NCBI GenBank assembly: GCA_947494695.1
Contig: CANLWB010000018.1
Location: 5,265 to 69,264, forward strand
Direction: 5' to 3'
Origin: an uncultured Flavobacteriaceae bacterium
Lineage (GTDB): Bacteria; Bacteroidota; Bacteroidia; Flavobacteriales; Flavobacteriaceae
Length of the DNA stretch: 64,000 bases
The position numbers were made by a program, and so were the translations under genes. This document shows positions 41,401 through 48,754 of the stretch, one piece after another (within the stretch, counting starts at the first letter, position 1; every line of letters starts with the position of its first letter). Below the pieces are notes generated by a model. The model did no database searches. It was given only the letters and a program-made list of their open reading frames with translations, and was not told the DNA's origin.

Positions 41401-42831
41401 ATCAGTGGGCAAGTTGTCGCCAATGCGGGACCAGATGTTTCCATTTGTGATGGAGATTCAACAACTTTAACGGCTTCAGGTGGTACCACGTACTTATGGA
41501 GTACGGGAGAAACAACGGCCAGTATCAATGTGAGTCCGTTGGCCACAACGACTTATACTGTTACTGCGTTTGATGGTTTAGAATCTGACGACGACGATGT
41601 GGTTGTAACCGTGAATCCTTATCCAACAGCTAATGCAGGGGCAGATGTAACTATTTGTGATGGAGACTCTACCACATTAACAGCAACAGGAGGTGGAACC
41701 TATTTATGGAGTACGGGAGAAACGACGGCCAGTATCAATGTGAGTCCTTCGGCTACGACAACTTATACGGTAACCGTAACGCTTAATGGTTGTAGTGCTG
41801 CTGATGATGTTATTGTGACAGTAGATCCTTCTCCAGCAGCAGATGCGGGCCCGGATGTTACTATAGATGAAGGTACGTCTACAACACTAACAGCAAGTGG
41901 AGGCGTTACGTATTTATGGAGTACTGGAGAAACCACAGCCAGTATTGTAGTCAGTCCAACCCTTACAACCACATATACGGTTACAGTTACACAAAATGGT
42001 TGTAGTTCTGATGATGATGTTATTGTAACAGTTACCCCTATTGGTGGTTGTACCTATTCTGTGATAAATACGGAAGGTTTTGAAACCGGTTGGGGTATTT
42101 GGAATGATGGAGGTTCAGATGCGTTTAGAGATGCGACGGCAGCTTATGCGACTACTGGAAGTTATAGCATGCGCCTTAGAGACAATACATCAACATCGGT
42201 AGGGACTACAGATGATTTAGACTTAACGTCTTATGATGAGATTAGAGTGGATTTTGGGTATTATTGCAGAAGTATGGATAATAGTAATGAAGATTTTTGG
42301 TTACAGATATCTACAGATGGTGGAGGAAACTATACAACTGTAGAAGAATGGAACAGGGATGATGAATTTGTAAACGATCAATTTTATACCGATTCTGTTG
42401 TCATTTTAGGACCTTTTACTACAACTACCAGAGTTCGATTTAGAGCGGATGCATCTGGAAATTCGGACTGGGTTTATATCGATGACATTGTTATTAATGG
42501 ATGTAGTTCATCTGGAGGAGGGGCTAAAATTGTTCCTAAGAAGCAATCCATTGAAGTTGTTGATATCGAAGACGAAATGCTTAGTCAGAAAGACTTTGAA
42601 GTCAAAATTTATCCTAATCCGTTTAAGGAGGAATTTGCAATTAAGGTGCATGCCAACTATACGAGATCCAATGTAAAGGTTTTCAATATGCTTGGACAGT
42701 TACTACTGGATGAGGTGTATTGGAAAGAAAACCTGATTCGTATACCAACGTCAAACTTAGAAAGTGGTAAGTATCTTATTCATTTAGATGTAGATGGAAA
42801 AACCATTTATAAAAGCGTGGTTAAAGATTAG
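38431..42831 (+). CDS. Cys-type sulfatase fused to 2 LamG modules, 3 x 70-aa Ig-like repeats, a MAM-like domain and a T9SS C-terminal domain
   Basis: 1466 aa with a signal peptide. The sulfatase N-domain has VVVIIADDMGW and the formylglycine motif C-A-P-T-R (Cys codon at 38662-38664). Two LamG modules follow (SAWIKPTGLTGIQEIFDEGG...DGDWHHIALVYDG...FTGKMDAFAVYDSVLS). Next are three ANAGPDV-ICDGDSTTLTA-GG-TYLWSTGETTASI repeats and a MAM-like domain (GFETGWGIWNDGGSDA...WVYIDDIVINGC). The tail contains KIYPNPF...GKYLIHLDVDGKTIYKSVVKD. Confidence 0.85.
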   Translation: MKTIKSLCLLLFILFSNFLSSQAPNVVVIIADDMGWSQVSTGLTNLNNPSDFYETPTLETLASEGIAFPYAYVNGANCAPTRAALLSGQYASRSTNNIFNVYDLNRGNTASNSTLIGPDMGLASNNNIDEIPSSAITIAETMKTAGYVTAHLGKYHVGENEASNTSNNAPTDQGFDYNYGGGTSGAPGSYFASTSSPYTFSGNIGPELDAYAAPYTAAESLMLAGDNSLDGTAKHVTDAMADAAIDFMETEKNNPFFVHFSNYAIHGPFNPSDARPDLRDKYNAKAISNPSSMGHDRKPGQAALAEGMDQTIGRLIDYLKTTADPRNPGSMLSENTLVYFISDNGGAVHSDDAGPLRGMKGEYYEGGIRSVTMAWSEATWLANKGTVNNTPIIAFDLYPTLVEMAGGALPGGGYDIDGASQWQMLTNGTSMTRASIYWHFPGYLIDSNRDQRPVSIIRKGDYKLIYNYETESYELYDLINDISETTNLLSGSPDQATLITGNDMSTDLRNHLINVSAPLPTYRSDGTTVDLPYIISTSGNPNSTDGCQAISGYDAYWDFDTASDANDASGNGNDPNPINGTLTYDAVDFKEGDQSVVFDGTVDINYSSATFMSPATSTRTVSAWIKPTGLTGIQEIFDEGGNTVGMAIRLNGANLESIIRDSTTTADSLSATFPNDGDWHHIALVYDGANTSHKLFIDGVIVASSNVAPASLASHNTTGGGIGGVIGSWDSFGIAADSYFTGKMDAFAVYDSVLSDTQIYDAACVALTNSTAGCQPATGFEAFWDFDVVSDANDASGNGHDPNPMNGTLTYDTVDFMEGDQSADFDGTVDIQYSNGAFLTAALTTRSYAVWIKPTALSGIQEIMDEGGGNQGLAVRLNGSNLEAIIRSGTTNSTQISAAYPNDGAWHHLAFVYDGGVTSMKLYIDGVEVASDGSALSSVADHTGIGGIGGVIGGKDAFDNTSDSYFIGKMDAYAVYSNALTLAEVEESACISGQVVANAGPDVSICDGDSTTLTASGGTTYLWSTGETTASINVSPLATTTYTVTAFDGLESDDDDVVVTVNPYPTANAGADVTICDGDSTTLTATGGGTYLWSTGETTASINVSPSATTTYTVTVTLNGCSAADDVIVTVDPSPAADAGPDVTIDEGTSTTLTASGGVTYLWSTGETTASIVVSPTLTTTYTVTVTQNGCSSDDDVIVTVTPIGGCTYSVINTEGFETGWGIWNDGGSDAFRDATAAYATTGSYSMRLRDNTSTSVGTTDDLDLTSYDEIRVDFGYYCRSMDNSNEDFWLQISTDGGGNYTTVEEWNRDDEFVNDQFYTDSVVILGPFTTTTRVRFRADASGNSDWVYIDDIVINGCSSSGGGAKIVPKKQSIEVVDIEDEMLSQKDFEVKIYPNPFKEEFAIKVHANYTRSNVKVFNMLGQLLLDEVYWKENLIRIPTSNLESGKYLIHLDVDGKTIYKSVVKD
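41419..42048 (+). repeat. 3 x 210-bp in-frame tandem repeat inside the sulfatase-1 gene
   Basis: Repeat units start at 41419, 41629 and 41839. Long near-identical stretches occur, for example TATTTATGGAGTACGGGAGAAACGACGGCCAGTATCAATGTGAGTCC. Confidence 0.85.
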
Positions 42832-42857
42832 GAAAAAGAAAATTAATACATTTTAAA

Positions 42858-42889
42858 AGAGAAGGGCTAAAACCCTTCTCTTTTATTTT
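42858..42889 (+). terminator. intrinsic terminator after sulfatase-1
   Basis: AGAGAAGGG-CTAAAA-CCCTTCTCT followed by TTTATTTT. Confidence 0.7.
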
Positions 42890-43003
42890 AAAACAATTTT
42901 TTCTTACTTTAATGTTGAAATTTCGTAAAAAATCGATTAAATGGTTTTTTTGTTCGACAAAATGCATTATGTTTGTGTTGATAATGAATTAATAACCGTA
43001 CTA

Positions 43004-46000
43004 ATGTTTATGAGAGTATTAACAATTCGTTTTTTAGTTTTATTTACTTTTTTGGTTGGTGGAGTGCATGCGCAATCTCCTAATATTATTGTTATTATAG
43101 CAGATGATATGGGGTGGTCGCAAGTCAGTACCGGATTAACAAACCTTAATAATTCCAGTGATTTTTTTGAAACTCCGGTTCTTGAAACATTAGCAAGTGA
43201 AGGTATTGCTTTTCCATATGGATACGTCAATGGATCAAATTGTGCGCCTACCAGGGCGGCACTTCTAAGCGGACAGTATGCATCGCGCCCAACAAACAAT
43301 ATTTTTGCAGTGGATAATTTGAATAGAGGAGGGAATTCAACATTATTGGTAGGCCCAGACAACGGCCTGCCTAATGGTAAAGATGAACTTCCTAAGGAGG
43401 CCGTTACTTTGGCTGAAACCATGCAAACTGCAGGATATAAAACCGTGCATTTAGGGAAATATCATGTGGGAGAAGATGAGGCTACGAACGTTTCAGATAA
43501 TGCTGCTACAGATCAGGGATTCGATATAAATTTTGGAGGAGGCACCAAGGGAAATCCGGGTAATTATTTCGCTTCAAACAGCGGCGCTCCATATACATTT
43601 GGAGCCAGCATTGGTCCTGAGCTGGACGCTTATGCAGAGCCATATACAGCAGCAGAATCCCTATTGTTGGCGGGAGATAATTCACTAGAAGGCACAGCAA
43701 AACATGTTACAGATGCTATGGCAGACGCCGCTATGGACTTTATCGATGATAATATTAACAGCCCATTTTTTATGCATTTTAGCAATTTTGCAATACATGG
43801 TCCCTTTAATCCAAGTGATGCCAGACCAGATTTAAGAGCTAAATATAATGCTAAAGCTATTAGCAATCCCAGTGCTATGGGACATGATAGAAAACCCGGA
43901 CAAGCAGCACTGGCTGAGGGGATGGATCAAACTATTGGTCGATTAATAACCTATTTAAAAACAACGAATGATCCAAGAAATCCAGGCAAAATGCTATCTG
44001 AAAATACCCTGGTTTATTTTATATCCGATAATGGAGGAGCCGTGCATAGTGATGATGCTGGTCCATTAAGAGGTATGAAAGGAGAATGGTACGAAGGCGG
44101 TATCAGGTCTGTTAGCATCGTGTGGTCTGAAGCATCATGGCTAGCCAATAAAGAAACTGTGAATACAACACCTATAATAGGGTTTGACATCTATCCAACA
44201 TGCGTTGAAGCGGCCGGAGGAACCTTGCCGGGAGGAGGTTATGAGATTGATGGTGCAAGTCATTGGCAAATGTTAACCAATGGAACACCTCTAACCAGAT
44301 CGGCACTATATTGGCATTATCCCGGATACCTTATAGATTCTAACAGAGATGCCAGACCAGTATCCATTATTAGAAAAGGAGATTACAAATTAATATATAA
44401 CTATGAGACCGAGTCGTACGAGTTGTATGATCTTATTAACGATATAGGTGAAGCAACTAATTTATTGGGAGGGAGTCCGGATTCGGCTACTTTAATAATT
44501 GGTAACGACATGAGTACAGATTTACGAAATCATCTCGTCAATATATCGGCACCGTTACCAACATATAGATCAAATGGAGAAACCGTGTCTTTGCCTTATA
44601 TTATAAGTACGTCTGGAGGTGAACCAAATTCAACAGATGGATGTCAGGCTGTTAGTGGATATGAAGCGTATTGGGATTTCGATTCTGTAAGCGATGCCAA
44701 TGATGCCTCTGGCAACGGAAACGACCCAAATCCTGTAAATGGCACATTGAGCTATGACAGTTTAGATTTTAAAGAAGGCGATCAGTCCGTGGTATTCGAT
44801 GGCAGCGTGGATATAAATTATAGTAGTGCGACCTTTATGTCTCTGGCGATATCGGAGCGTTCGGTATCGGCATGGGTAAAGCCAACGGCATTAACAGGTA
44901 TACAGGATATATATGATGAAGGGGGAAATACGGTAGGTATTGCTATGCGATTAAATGGTTCCAATCTGGAATCTATTGTAAGAGAATCAACAACAATAAC
45001 AGATAACATAAGTGCTGGTTTTCCGTCGGATGGAGATTGGCATCACGTAGCGATGGTTTACGATGGTGCTAATACTAGCCACAAGCTTTATATCGATGGC
45101 CTTGAAGTCGCTTCAAGCAATTCAGCTCCAGCTTCGATCGGTTCCCATAATACTACCGGAGGAGGTATAGGTGGGGTTATTGGTAGTTGGGATAGCTTTG
45201 CCAACGACTCAGACGGTTATTTTATTGGAAAAATGGATGGATTTGCAGTGTATGAAACTGTTTTATCGGCCTCTCAGGTACTTGAAGCTGTTTGTATTGC
45301 AAATTCAGTAGAGGGTTGTCAACCGACAAGCGGCTATGAGGCATTCTGGGATTTTGATCTCGCAAGTGATACCAATGATGCTTCTGGAAATGCTCATAAC
45401 CCCACATTAACGCCTTCTGGGGCAATAACCTTTGATGCTGTAGATTTTAAGGAAGGTGATCGTTCTGTAATTTTTAATGGAACAGAAGCTATTCAATACG
45501 CAACTAATTCTACATCACCTGATAGTTTTATGAATATTATCACGAATTCCAGAAGTGTTATGGCATGGATTAAACCAACAGCTTTAACAGGAATTCAGAA
45601 TATTTTTGATGAAGGTGGACAGAATAGAGGTATAGCCATTAGGTTAAATAATACTAATTTAGAGGCTGTTGTAAGAGAAACCTCAAGTGTGGCAGATCAG
45701 ATAAGTGCCTCATTTCCAAATGATGGGGATTGGCATCATATAGCTTTTATATATAATGCTGCAAGTTCCGTTCAAAAGTTGTATATTAACGGCGCAGAAG
45801 TTGCAACCAGTGGTAGTGCACCGGCATCGGTAATCAGCCACTATAGTTATGGGGGAATTGGGGGAAAATTAAGCGGAAACGATAGTTTTCAGAATTCATC
45901 AGATGCATATTTTACAGGAAAAATGGATGCTTTTGTAGTATATGATGACCTGGTGTTATCTCCAACTCAAATAACAAATTCTGCGTGCTCAGGAACCTTA

Positions 46001-46255
46001 GGAATAAAAGATGCAGATATCCATAAAATATCTGTGTTTCCTAATCCGTTTGAAGATCATTTAAAGGTTAAAATCAATGGAGATGCGAACCACGTTGATG
46101 TAACATTATTTGATATATTGGGAAGACAAATATTAACTCAAAAATATAATAAACGCATATTAAATATTTCATTAGAGAATTTAGATAGGGGTAAATATCT
46201 ACTGCAAGTTAAAGCAAACAAAGAGCTTAGGATATTTAAAGTTTTTAAAAAATAG
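43004..46255 (+). CDS. Cys-type sulfatase fused to 2 LamG modules and a T9SS C-terminal domain (tandem paralog of 38431..42831)
   Basis: The ORF is open from 42941, but the Met at 43004 or 43010 gives a signal peptide (MFMRVLTIRFLVLFTFLVGGVHAQ). It has the same IIVIIADDMGW and C-A-P-T-R motifs, and the N-terminal roughly 540 aa are near-colinear with sulfatase-1. Two LamG modules follow. The tail is VFPNPFEDHLKV...GKYLLQVKANKELRIFKVFKK. Confidence 0.85.
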   Translation: MFMRVLTIRFLVLFTFLVGGVHAQSPNIIVIIADDMGWSQVSTGLTNLNNSSDFFETPVLETLASEGIAFPYGYVNGSNCAPTRAALLSGQYASRPTNNIFAVDNLNRGGNSTLLVGPDNGLPNGKDELPKEAVTLAETMQTAGYKTVHLGKYHVGEDEATNVSDNAATDQGFDINFGGGTKGNPGNYFASNSGAPYTFGASIGPELDAYAEPYTAAESLLLAGDNSLEGTAKHVTDAMADAAMDFIDDNINSPFFMHFSNFAIHGPFNPSDARPDLRAKYNAKAISNPSAMGHDRKPGQAALAEGMDQTIGRLITYLKTTNDPRNPGKMLSENTLVYFISDNGGAVHSDDAGPLRGMKGEWYEGGIRSVSIVWSEASWLANKETVNTTPIIGFDIYPTCVEAAGGTLPGGGYEIDGASHWQMLTNGTPLTRSALYWHYPGYLIDSNRDARPVSIIRKGDYKLIYNYETESYELYDLINDIGEATNLLGGSPDSATLIIGNDMSTDLRNHLVNISAPLPTYRSNGETVSLPYIISTSGGEPNSTDGCQAVSGYEAYWDFDSVSDANDASGNGNDPNPVNGTLSYDSLDFKEGDQSVVFDGSVDINYSSATFMSLAISERSVSAWVKPTALTGIQDIYDEGGNTVGIAMRLNGSNLESIVRESTTITDNISAGFPSDGDWHHVAMVYDGANTSHKLYIDGLEVASSNSAPASIGSHNTTGGGIGGVIGSWDSFANDSDGYFIGKMDGFAVYETVLSASQVLEAVCIANSVEGCQPTSGYEAFWDFDLASDTNDASGNAHNPTLTPSGAITFDAVDFKEGDRSVIFNGTEAIQYATNSTSPDSFMNIITNSRSVMAWIKPTALTGIQNIFDEGGQNRGIAIRLNNTNLEAVVRETSSVADQISASFPNDGDWHHIAFIYNAASSVQKLYINGAEVATSGSAPASVISHYSYGGIGGKLSGNDSFQNSSDAYFTGKMDAFVVYDDLVLSPTQITNSACSGTLGIKDADIHKISVFPNPFEDHLKVKINGDANHVDVTLFDILGRQILTQKYNKRILNISLENLDRGKYLLQVKANKELRIFKVFKK

Positions 46256-46298
46256 TTTGAAGTTTGCCTGAGAATTGCAAATTAATTTAATGAAAGTA

Positions 46299-46330
46299 GA
46301 AGAGAGGCTGGGAAGCCTCTCTTTGTTTTT
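46299..46330 (+). terminator. intrinsic terminator after sulfatase-2
   Basis: AGAGAGGCT-GGGA-AGCCTCTCT followed by TTGTTTTT. Confidence 0.7.
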
Positions 46331-46416
46331 GTGGTCGGGTGAAAGTGTTTTTATTTTGATAGACTTGTAGTCAAGAAGTGATTCTTTTAATCTCAACCTG
46401 TTGCCAAGATTTGGTT

Positions 46417-46872
46417 TTATTTTGTTGCGATATAAATGTCTACTTCTGCGTTTTCTCCACTCTGCGAATTTTTTCCATAAACTTCAAAATCTGCGGTGTA
46501 TTTTCGGTTCAATGCCTTGTCGTTTTTCCAAATCTCCTGCCATGTTTCAAATACAGCGTTAGGCATTGGTCCTTTAGCGATAAATTTTTGATGTCCTCCA
46601 CCTTGAAATTCACGTCCAATTAGCCCAGTAGGGATGTTGTCTAGGGAGGTTACGCTTAGTCCGATTACGCAGGTATATTTTCCCGTATAATCCGATTCAT
46701 AATCTGTATAAATGGAATAAATGTTATCATTTTGTTTATTTTCAATTTTACCCAAAATATTTTCGGCATAAAATTGTTCCCAAAGCTTGCTTAAATCTTT
46801 GGCCGCTTTTCCGTTTTCGTTTGTGGTTTCTGTCGAGATTCCAATTATTTTAAAAGGTTCAATGTGTTGCAT
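46417..46872 (-). CDS. GyrI-like / AraC effector-binding domain small-molecule-binding protein
   Basis: 151 aa. The N-terminus (FKIIGISTETTNENGKAAKDLSKLWEQF) and C-terminus (DFEVYG) patterns are typical of GyrI-like (Cass2-type) proteins. Confidence 0.7.
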   Translation of the reverse strand: MQHIEPFKIIGISTETTNENGKAAKDLSKLWEQFYAENILGKIENKQNDNIYSIYTDYESDYTGKYTCVIGLSVTSLDNIPTGLIGREFQGGGHQKFIAKGPMPNAVFETWQEIWKNDKALNRKYTADFEVYGKNSQSGENAEVDIYIATK

Positions 46873-47475
46873 GTATAATCATTTCAGTTTATATGTCTTT
46901 CAAAGGTAATTGTTTTGAAAGATAATGTCCTAATAGAATATAGGTGCTCGGAGCTACCTGATTAATTATTAGGAAGCTAATGTCCTAAGTTTTTATATCC
47001 GTTATGAATCGTTTCTAATGTTTTCAAACTTGTGCCGTAATGTTTTGAAGATAACCAGAAATATAATGCCATACCATTACGGTTTGAATCCAATTTGAAA
47101 CATGTTATAGTCGCTCATGCGAAATTGGGTTACTGTGCTTCTGTTTAATCAATTCTGAATAAAATGGGGTGTTGTTTTTTATAGGAGAAAGTCGTCTTAT
47201 GAGCGTTTTATAATGTATTGACGATTAATACAAAGTCTAATAGTTATTGGTTATTGGTAAGGGAATGCCCGATATGTGATTTCTCAACTCTAAATTGTTA
47301 ATAAGAATGTGAAAAACCTTTCCGCATTTTTTTCAAAACAAAGGAATAAAATCTCAATTTTACATATCGTTAGTTTAGACCCATTCTAAACAATTTTCGC
47401 TAATCTCAGTTTCAAACAAATTAAATTTTTTCGGTGCTATTCCTGGCATTGTGGATCAATTGTAAAGTATTACAT

Positions 47476-48750
47476 ATGGAAATAACGCATATTATAAAAC
47501 GAGATTTTACTACAAAAACATTTAATTTAAGTAAGATCACTAATGCTATTTTAAAGGCAATGACGGCTTCGAACGAGGGAAGTTTGGGGGATGCTCAAAA
47601 CATTTCAGAAAAAGTTTATGTGTCATTATTGAAACAAAAAGAATTCGATGACCATTATATCCCGACTGTAGAATTGGTTCAGGATATGGTTGAAAAGGCC
47701 TTAATGGAGCATAGCTTTTTTGAAGTCGCTAAGGCTTATATCTTGTATCGTAATGAACAAGCCCAAAAGCGAAAATCGAGCATTTTTGAGAAGCGTATTA
47801 ACCTGAAGCCTTATGAATACCCTCAGCTTTATGAATATGTACCCGCGATTAGACATTCTTATTGGATTCATACTGAATTTAACTTTACGAGCGACATCCA
47901 GGATTTTAAAACACGTCTAACCGATACGGAACAAAATGCCATTAAAAATACAATGTTGGCTATTTCTCAAATCGAGGTTGCAGTTAAGACGTTTTGGGGT
48001 GACATTTATCAAAGGCTGCCAAAGCCTGAAATTGGTTCGGTAGGGGCTACATTTGCAGAAAGTGAAGTGCGACATCATGATGCCTATTCTCACCTATTGG
48101 AAATTTTAGGGTTAAATAGTGAATTTAAAAACCTTAAGAAGAATCCTGTTATTATGAGACGCGTTCAGTACCTGGAAACGGCTCTCAAAAATGCAAAAAG
48201 CGAGGATGATAAGCAATATACAGAGTCTATTTTGTTATTCTCTCTGTTTATAGAACATGTATCCCTGTTCTCCCAATTCTTAATTATTATGGCCTTCAAC
48301 AAGCATAAAAATATGCTTAAAGGGATATCTAATGTTGTTGAAGCGACCTCTAAGGAAGAACAAATTCATGGTGATTTTGGTATCGATGTTATCAAAATAA
48401 TTAAAGAAGAACACCCGGACTGGTTTGATGAGGCCTATCATGTGATGATACAGGATATGTGTAAAGAAGCCTTCATTGCAGAAAGCGAAATTATAGACTG
48501 GATATTTGAAAAAGGAGAATTGGATGTCTTACCTAAGAAGGTAGTTAACGAGTTTATCAAACACAGATTTAATAACTCCTTAGAAAGTATAGGGATACCT
48601 AAAGTATTTGAGGTAGACCAAAACGAACTTGCAAAAACAGAATGGTTTGATGATGAAATTATAGGAACGAAACACGGGGATTTCTTCGTAAAACGTTCAA
48701 TCAATTATAGCAAAAGAACACAAAGTATAACCAGTGACGACTTATTTTAA
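47476..48750 (+). CDS. nrdB: class I ribonucleotide reductase beta subunit with N-terminal ATP-cone
   Basis: The ORF is open from a GTG at 47434, but the ATG at 47476 starts a canonical ATP-cone (ITHIIKRDFTTKTFNLSKI...VELVQDMVEKAL...AKAYILYRNEQ). A ferritin-like R2 core follows with ESEVRHHDAY and EEQIHGDFG (ExxH) metal-ligand blocks. Confidence 0.85.
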   Translation: MEITHIIKRDFTTKTFNLSKITNAILKAMTASNEGSLGDAQNISEKVYVSLLKQKEFDDHYIPTVELVQDMVEKALMEHSFFEVAKAYILYRNEQAQKRKSSIFEKRINLKPYEYPQLYEYVPAIRHSYWIHTEFNFTSDIQDFKTRLTDTEQNAIKNTMLAISQIEVAVKTFWGDIYQRLPKPEIGSVGATFAESEVRHHDAYSHLLEILGLNSEFKNLKKNPVIMRRVQYLETALKNAKSEDDKQYTESILLFSLFIEHVSLFSQFLIIMAFNKHKNMLKGISNVVEATSKEEQIHGDFGIDVIKIIKEEHPDWFDEAYHVMIQDMCKEAFIAESEIIDWIFEKGELDVLPKKVVNEFIKHRFNNSLESIGIPKVFEVDQNELAKTEWFDDEIIGTKHGDFFVKRSINYSKRTQSITSDDLF

Positions 48751-48754
48751 ATAG

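Noticed and set aside
41419-42048. Regularly spaced repeats that could superficially suggest a CRISPR-like array.
   Set aside because: The period is 210 nt with no unique spacers, and the repeats are in-frame coding units of the sulfatase-1 ORF. No CRISPR array or cas gene is present anywhere in the window.
42941-43003. N-terminal extension of sulfatase-2 (MVFLFDKMHYVCVDNELITVL) from the ORF track.
   Set aside because: The extension precedes a canonical signal peptide that begins at the Met at 43004 or 43010, and it has no counterpart in the paralog. The downstream start is preferred.
46873-47475. Possible NrdR boxes or a riboswitch in the 600-bp region upstream of nrdB.
   Set aside because: I could not find a convincing pair of 16-bp NrdR-type palindromes or any conserved riboswitch core by eye. 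A cmscan and motif search would be needed, so no call is made.
47434-47475. GTG-initiated extension of nrdB (MLFLALWINCKVLH).
   Set aside because: The ATP-cone consensus begins at the ATG at 47476, and the extension is hydrophobic and has no homology logic.
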